Shown here piece after piece: positions 58,930 to 64,000 of a stretch of DNA of 64,000 nt. The notes beneath the pieces are model-generated. The model was given only the letters and a program-made list of their open reading frames with translations, was not told where the DNA came from and did not search any database. Numbering within the stretch: the first letter of the stretch is position 1; every line of letters begins with the position of its first letter. A program made the position numbers and the translations under genes. Origin of the DNA: Tubiluchus corallicola (lineage: Eukaryota > Animalia > Priapulida); contig JAQGDQ010002374.1 of the NCBI GenBank assembly GCA_030141605.1, forward strand, positions 124,001-188,000. Direction: 5' to 3'.

Positions 58930-61157
58930 TGAAAAAATATATGTATTTATGTATATACTATGTGTATTATTATTATTTGTGTGTTACAACAAAAATAATT
59001 AGGCCTGCTAAGCTAGTCCTGTGCAATATTAAAATGTGCATTAATTATCATACAATTAATTAAATTTTGAAAGACAAGAAAAGTAAAAAAGTTGTATTTC
59101 AGACTGTATTTCAACTTTTTCACTTTTCCTATTGTCGATTTTGTTGCCTTAATAATAATCTTGTCATTAATATTATAATAACTATAAATCAAAATGTGTA
59201 TATGTTTATACTTTAACTTAATATTTTCCAGAGTGAAACTCCGCACAAGGAGGGACAGGTGAAGTGGGGGGAATCGTTTTTGCTAGTTTACAGTATTGAT
59301 GACAGAGATAGTTTCAAACAAATCGCCTCAATAAAATTATACATAGACGACATTAAAGGGACCAAGTCTTCGCCTTGCATTATAATTGGTAATAAAGCAG
59401 ATCTAGATCATATAAGAGAGGTGAGTTTTGTGCATGTACAAATAATTGCCTTACAGTTTAAGCGCAAGATAATTGAGTTGCATTTTGTTTTCAACTAACT
59501 CATTTAAATGTGACAATGTTTTTATAAGAAAATTAATGTAGGTCTACTTAGATTGATGATATTCCACCTTAAAGTAATTAATATACTTAGCACTCTTAAC
59601 TAATATAATTTCTGTCAGATATAATCTAGTGCTAAGGTCTGGAAGGTGATGAGTTCGATACAGCGGCCGGGTAATGCCAAAGACTTTAAAAATGGTGTCC
59701 GTTGTTGCCCAGCCTGGCGCGTGACATTTAGGGTAAAAGTAGGGTAATAATAATCTCTACTATGTAGGTGTAATTTGTTGATGAAAGCCTCATGGCAAGT
59801 TTGTGTTGTCTGTTGAATTAAGAGCCGACTTTAAACAAAAAAGATGATTATATTTGGCGCTTTCTGCTAAACGTGCCGCCTGTGATGAGAATCACAAAAA
59901 TTCAATTGTGGGGAAGGTTGCTTTTCTCCAAGTCTTTTGTCTTTAGTTCTTTTCAGGACTCGCAAATGACTTCATTAACTCCAAATGGTAGTCTTTAATA
60001 ATGCTCTATCTTGATCGGTCTCTCATTATACCATTAAGGTGTTAATGTGTGTTTTTAACACGTAATTAATTATCAAGCTTATGTTTAAAATAGCCTGGAT
60101 GCAGCCTGGATTTGAATCAGGACATTCTGGTTGCAACGCATCGTCCATAAACCAATAGGCAACCACATTCCCCAATAATCAAGGCAGCCCAAAGTTCATC
60201 CTTGACAGGTGGCCAACCAAGTTGCAGCATTTCCAATGTTAGAGCGCTCACACAAGAGTAATTCTAACTAATTTATGATAAAGAATTCCAAACTTGCAGC
60301 TTGCTCCTACTTTCACGTAATAATATCTAAGAAAAAAGAGTAGTGTTTTTTTCTGAAAGGATTTCTTATCAGGTGAAGCAAGAAGAGGGCGAAGCTCTCG
60401 CAGAAGAACTCTGCTGTAGTTTTTTTGAATGTTCTGCCAGTGACGGGGACGAAAATGTAGTCGAATCATTCCACGAACTTCACAGAGAACTGAAGCGACG
60501 GAAAGTTGTCGAATCAAGAGGTGAATTTAATTTTATTTTAGAGGCGGTTTACTCGCAGTTTTGCTCACATAGGTGTAAAGCAGTTACTGTGGCCTTTTTT
60601 ACTGTTAACGATGGACTAGCAGCTGTAGCAAAATATCTACTGGCAAAGAGGTAGAAACTGCATGACTAATTGACTACGTAGTATCGTGCATGTATTTTAG
60701 CGAAAATTAATAATGGCTAAAATGTTTTGTTTTTTTGCAGTAACTTAAAAATTTTCAAGTCTTATCAATGGCAATCACCTTCACGTAGTTGTAATATGTG
60801 TAAAATTTAGCCAGAGTGAATGAGTGCATGAGAGAATGACTGAGTGTGTTAGAATGGATGTGCTCATTCATTTGTGTGAGAAATGTATTAGGTATTAAAG
60901 TCCGCGTGTGTAAATGATGATGTGTGTATTTTATGCTACTTTATTTGTAAATAGATCTTATTGTATTTAATCTTGTCTGTGAAAATAGCCTACAGTTTAT
61001 GTTTTATTTTGTGAAAATGGACATTAAGTAAAGGTGTTATATTCTATTGCATTGTATTTTAGGTCGCCGCCGGTCGAGTGCTGCAGCTCAGCAAGTAATT
61101 CATGTTCTCAATAAAGTGTTTCATGGTCATAAAGATAAAGACAAAGTGCACGCTTGA
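47701..61157 (+). CDS. RERG: Ras-related and estrogen-regulated growth inhibitor (RERG)-type small GTPase, 210 aa
   Basis: join(47701-47770,57530-57586,58290-58363,59232-59420,60373-60520,61063-61157) = 633 nt. G1 [28 protein letters not shown] (RERG signature), G3 DTGGQ, G4 NKAD, G5 CSA, C-terminal RRRSS and no CAAX. Confidence 0.94.
48830..50630. mobile_element. Helentron/HINE (DINE-1-like) repeat with internal ~130-bp subrepeats
   Basis: About 8 copies of CCATTCRATTCGTCTCATCGAGACCTTTCATTTGA, with GGGGTCAGAGGTCA, CCCTAGCTCAAAA and GTTTCGTGAC/GTCACGAAAC inverted motifs. Family assignment is an inference. Confidence 0.6.
51365..52030 (-). mobile_element. CR1-group LINE 3' end and UTR
   Basis: Minus-strand [17 protein letters not shown]-rich UTR, ATGACAAATAAAG then an ACT-type tail. 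Confidence 0.55.
52150..52230 (+). repeat. (CAC/CTA)n microsatellite
   Basis: Directly visible. Explains the poly-H/G/V ORFs. Confidence 0.9.
52756..52922 (+). repeat. Compound pentanucleotide microsatellite AAAAT/AAGAT/GAGAT/GAAAT/AAAAT
   Basis: Directly visible. Confidence 0.95.
53027..53394. mobile_element. hAT MITE (CAGGGCCGGATTAT ... ATAATCTTGCCCTG)
   Basis: 14-bp imperfect TIR. Highly similar copy at 56254-56627. Confidence 0.85.
55200..55720 (-). mobile_element. Decayed LINE 3' fragment
   Basis: Minus-strand [12 protein letters not shown]...FK and [20 protein letters not shown]...TESPRHY (degenerate CCHC). Confidence 0.65.
56254..56627. mobile_element. hAT MITE, same family as 53027-53394
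   Basis: CAGAACCGGATTAT ... ATAATCCGGCCCTG ends. Shared internal ATTTCTTAAAGAATAT.TTTATTGACAAACAAAA. Confidence 0.85.
57530..57586 (+). CDS. RERG: RERG coding exon 2 ([19 protein letters not shown])
   Basis: ttgcag| ... |gtaaga. Confidence 0.95.
58290..58363 (+). CDS. RERG: RERG coding exon 3 ([25 protein letters not shown])
   Basis: atatag| ... |gtaagt. Confidence 0.94.
58427..58859. mobile_element. Inverted-repeat element (MITE-like) in RERG intron
   Basis: TTCATTTACTTGAACCATGAC ... GTCATGGTTCAAATAAATTAA. Confidence 0.5.
59232..59420 (+). CDS. RERG: RERG coding exon 4 ([21 protein letters not shown]...[11 protein letters not shown])
   Basis: ttccag| ... |gtgagt. Overlaps ORF 59259-59498. 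Confidence 0.95.
59625..59835 (+). mobile_element. tRNA-derived SINE with conserved core (Meta-domain-like)
   Basis: B-box GAGTTCGATAC followed by GGGTAATGCCAAAGACTTTAAAAATGGT...TTGCCCAGCCTGGCGC. Confidence 0.7.
60104..60163 (-). mobile_element. Degenerate tRNA-derived SINE head / tRNA pseudogene
   Basis: Minus strand GGTTGCCTATTGGTTTATGG...CCTGATTCAAATCCAGGC (A-box and B-box relics). Confidence 0.45.
60373..60520 (+). CDS. RERG: RERG coding exon 5 ([22 protein letters not shown]...KVVESR)
   Basis: tatcag| ... |gtgaat. Overlaps ORF 60343-60654. Confidence 0.94.
61063..61157 (+). CDS. RERG: RERG terminal coding exon ([31 protein letters not shown])
   Basis: ttttag| ... TGA. RRRSS as in vertebrate RERG. 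AATAAA near 61936. Confidence 0.9.
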
Positions 61158-64000
61158 CAACCAACTGAAAGGGTCACGTTTGATGACCCAAAAAATGCGT
61201 GAACATTTACGCGTTGTTGAAAAAAACCGTCTGAAAAAAATGGATGACTTCGCAGGTGTTCATGCTATCGTCGTATCTACCGTTTACAAGTGCTGTGCTT
61301 AATACTTTTCTTGATATTCACTTAAATGTAATGCTGATGTCATTTAATGTGAGCAAAACTGAACGAATTCAAATTCTACTCTGGTGAGCGTGAGCATCAC
61401 TGTTTTTGTTACTTAGCTACGCCTGGTCTAGTGTGGTTGAAAAAATTGCAGATTATTTGATTACGCCCATGTGTCATTGACCAGTGTGCACGGTGCTCGC
61501 GGATCGTGACCAGTTATCAGTTGACTATGCCTGCTCCAGTGCGGCATACCGCTGTATGAGGCCATACCCCAGGGCTCTACCCTACCTCATGATTTAACCT
61601 AATAGCTATTCAATGTTATAATCTGATGCCTAACATACTGACGATGATGAAACCAGAATATGGCATCTGGCAGAATTCACTGTTCGCCAATCAAAAATTA
61701 ACAAGAGTTTAGCCAAGCTTTAGAGGAACCGATCACTTTCTGCACAAAGCTTGTCAAGCAGGTCAAAAGATGAATGCAGTCGTTGATATATATGCCGTGT
61801 ATAAGCAACAAACTTATTATGAAAATCATTATTTTAATGCCATATGGTTATACAAAAAAGGTGTAAATATAAAATACTGCGCCAATAATAGGAGTAGATA
61901 GCCTGGCCTATGGCAAATTGTTTAATTATTACTGTAATAAAAATCGATTGCTAATTGTTGGCCGATAATTTGCAATCGCGGATCTCAATTTTTCACTTTT
62001 GCTTACATTAAACACATTGTAAGCCAGTATATTCATCTAACGCAGGCTCTATGCAGGCTAAGATAATTGTAACTAAAATCACAATGGTACGTCTTCTAAT
62101 TACAAAAATACAAACAACTTAAAAATAAAAAAGGAAAAAAGACAAGTGACAGTTTTATTGTAGTAAAAAAATAATTTCGTCACCATTTTGTTAAAGTATA
62201 ATATGAACATACAAAATGGACGTCATATATTACCATACAATAAAGGCGCTGATGTTAGATAGAGATCATAAAAAATTTAATGACAAAATGCACAGACATC
62301 TAAACGAATACGAACTTAATGCTAAACGAACTCTAGTCCCTTATTCACAAAATGTGTGTTTAGATACATCTAATATCTGCAGTTACAATAACTGTTCTTG
62401 ACAGGATTGTTAGCCACACTAGTGTTTCTTGATTATAAGAAAATCCAAACGATTTATGCATTGGGCAGATAATGTTCATACAGCAGATTATGCAGCTGAA
62501 CTTTTTAATCTGTGTTAGAGTCTTTCCAGCCCTGCGTATCTTAGTGACGACCTTTACATGACCTTTAGGGTGACCTATGACCACAAACATGCCAATTTTT
62601 GCTTAAATTTACTTAACGGGGATAAAGTCATTACAGCTTTAGTTGATCACCACAACAAAACGTATCCTAAGTAATTTCATGGCACAGTGGAATGAGAAAA
62701 GCCAAAAAAATTACAATGATATAAGATCCACATTAATGAGATTTCATAAAATGCATGTATAGGTGCATAAAACGAAAATGCGAAATATACATTAAACAGT
62801 CAGTACTTTTTAGTACTAAAATATATACAACTATAATCATTGCTATACAGTATATTAGCTACCACCACTTGGTCCAAACATGGCTTATAGCCTATATATA
62901 TACATATATATAGTTTATCAAGAAAAAAAAAAAATATATATATATATATATATACACACACAAATAATTAGAAAGCGTGATATGAGCAGCTGACTGTTCG
63001 CTAAAGAAATACACAAACTAAGCACATTATACACTCACCACACTCAAGTTACTAGAGTTAGCTGCTTCTCCATTGTTTGCGAGACACTGAATCTGCTTAC
63101 TATTATGCACAATGCCAAAAGAACTGGAAAAGCAGGGAGAAAACATCACATGAAAATATTACAAAAGATTCCTGTTAATGAGTGGTATTACAAGAATAAA
63201 AAGATATACAGCAATGGCTGCAGGACCTTTTCAACAGTATGTACAGTATTTCACTAGACAAATATTTTGATTATCACTACTATAAATCTATAGTTGCCAT
63301 ATATAACTGCATGAATAGCCCATGATTGATTTAGTACCTATATTTTATTTTCATTTAAAATGTTTTTATCTAAATTATCTTCATTTAAAATAATGAATTC
63401 GAACTTTTCGTGATAAACGCGTATCACAGAAATACTGACAGAGGGAGAGGATTTGTCGAAGAAACAAATGGCCTCAGCCAATATATTGCGATAAATCTCA
63501 CAGCTCATCTGCAAACCAATATAAGTGTTAGACAATTTGAAACTTCAGTTGCTAGTTCTACTGTTATACTGCAGTCATGTGTAATACGCTTACATCACAC
63601 TATAGTCTAACGTTATGGAATGAAAAGTCATCAACAATTGCACTTCACAGTAGTCGCTCATAAGCTCTCAAGTAAATGTACAATATTTAAACATAAACCT
63701 TAACCTGCAATGATTATTTAGTGCTTTAACTAATAAACAGTGAGATCTAATACTAACTGCACACAGCAAAAAAATCTGTCTTTAGGGAAATGTCTGATCA
63801 ATGCAAATTGTCTTAGACAAAATTTCCCCGCACAAGGCAACTTTTGTACGAAACAACCTGTGTCATGCGTAACCTTAATACACAATTATTACATAACACA
63901 GGACAAAACAATTACTTTTTGATGGTCTGATGCAAATTGTTGTGCCAAGCCTGCACATGGGAGCAGGATGAGTTTGTGTCAGACTAGAGGCATCGCAAGA

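Noticed and set aside
60104-60163. Functional tRNA gene
   Set aside because: A- and B-boxes are mutated and no complete cloverleaf forms; kept only as a SINE-head relic.
61638-61670. CTGACGA-TGAT-GAAA-CCAGAATATGG hammerhead/SECIS-like motif in RERG 3' UTR
   Set aside because: No helix II pair, the U16.1 position is C and helix I does not pair. No in-frame Sec codon context or proper SECIS stem.

Overview
AT-rich, intron-rich animal (probably invertebrate) nuclear DNA, not prokaryotic. Three spliced protein-coding genes can be rebuilt exon by exon with consistent GT-AG junctions and phases. (1) A SEC14-like 2 / CRAL-TRIO+GOLD lipid-transfer gene on the minus strand: 12 coding exons from ATG at 15334 down to 194, with the last exon beyond the left edge. 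(2) A complete VPS29 retromer subunit gene on the plus strand (16605-20206, 181 aa), divergent from the SEC14L gene across a ~1.3 kb shared upstream region. (3) A complete RERG-type Ras-family GTPase gene on the plus strand (47701-61157, 210 aa). The rest is introns and intergenic DNA full of decayed repeats: CR1/L2- and L1/Tx1-type LINE fragments, hAT and pogo/Tigger-type MITEs (one nested in another with an intact TSD), a probable solo LTR, tRNA- and 5S-derived SINEs, a Helentron/HINE-like repeat, 29/30/58-bp minisatellites and compound microsatellites. Most supplied ORFs are spurious. I found no clearly new multi-gene system. The best leads are a candidate 15-nt VPS29 microexon, candidate alternative first or poison exons in SEC14L intron 1, an A59G-equivalent change in RERG, an inverted SINE pair and several degenerate hammerhead-like motifs.
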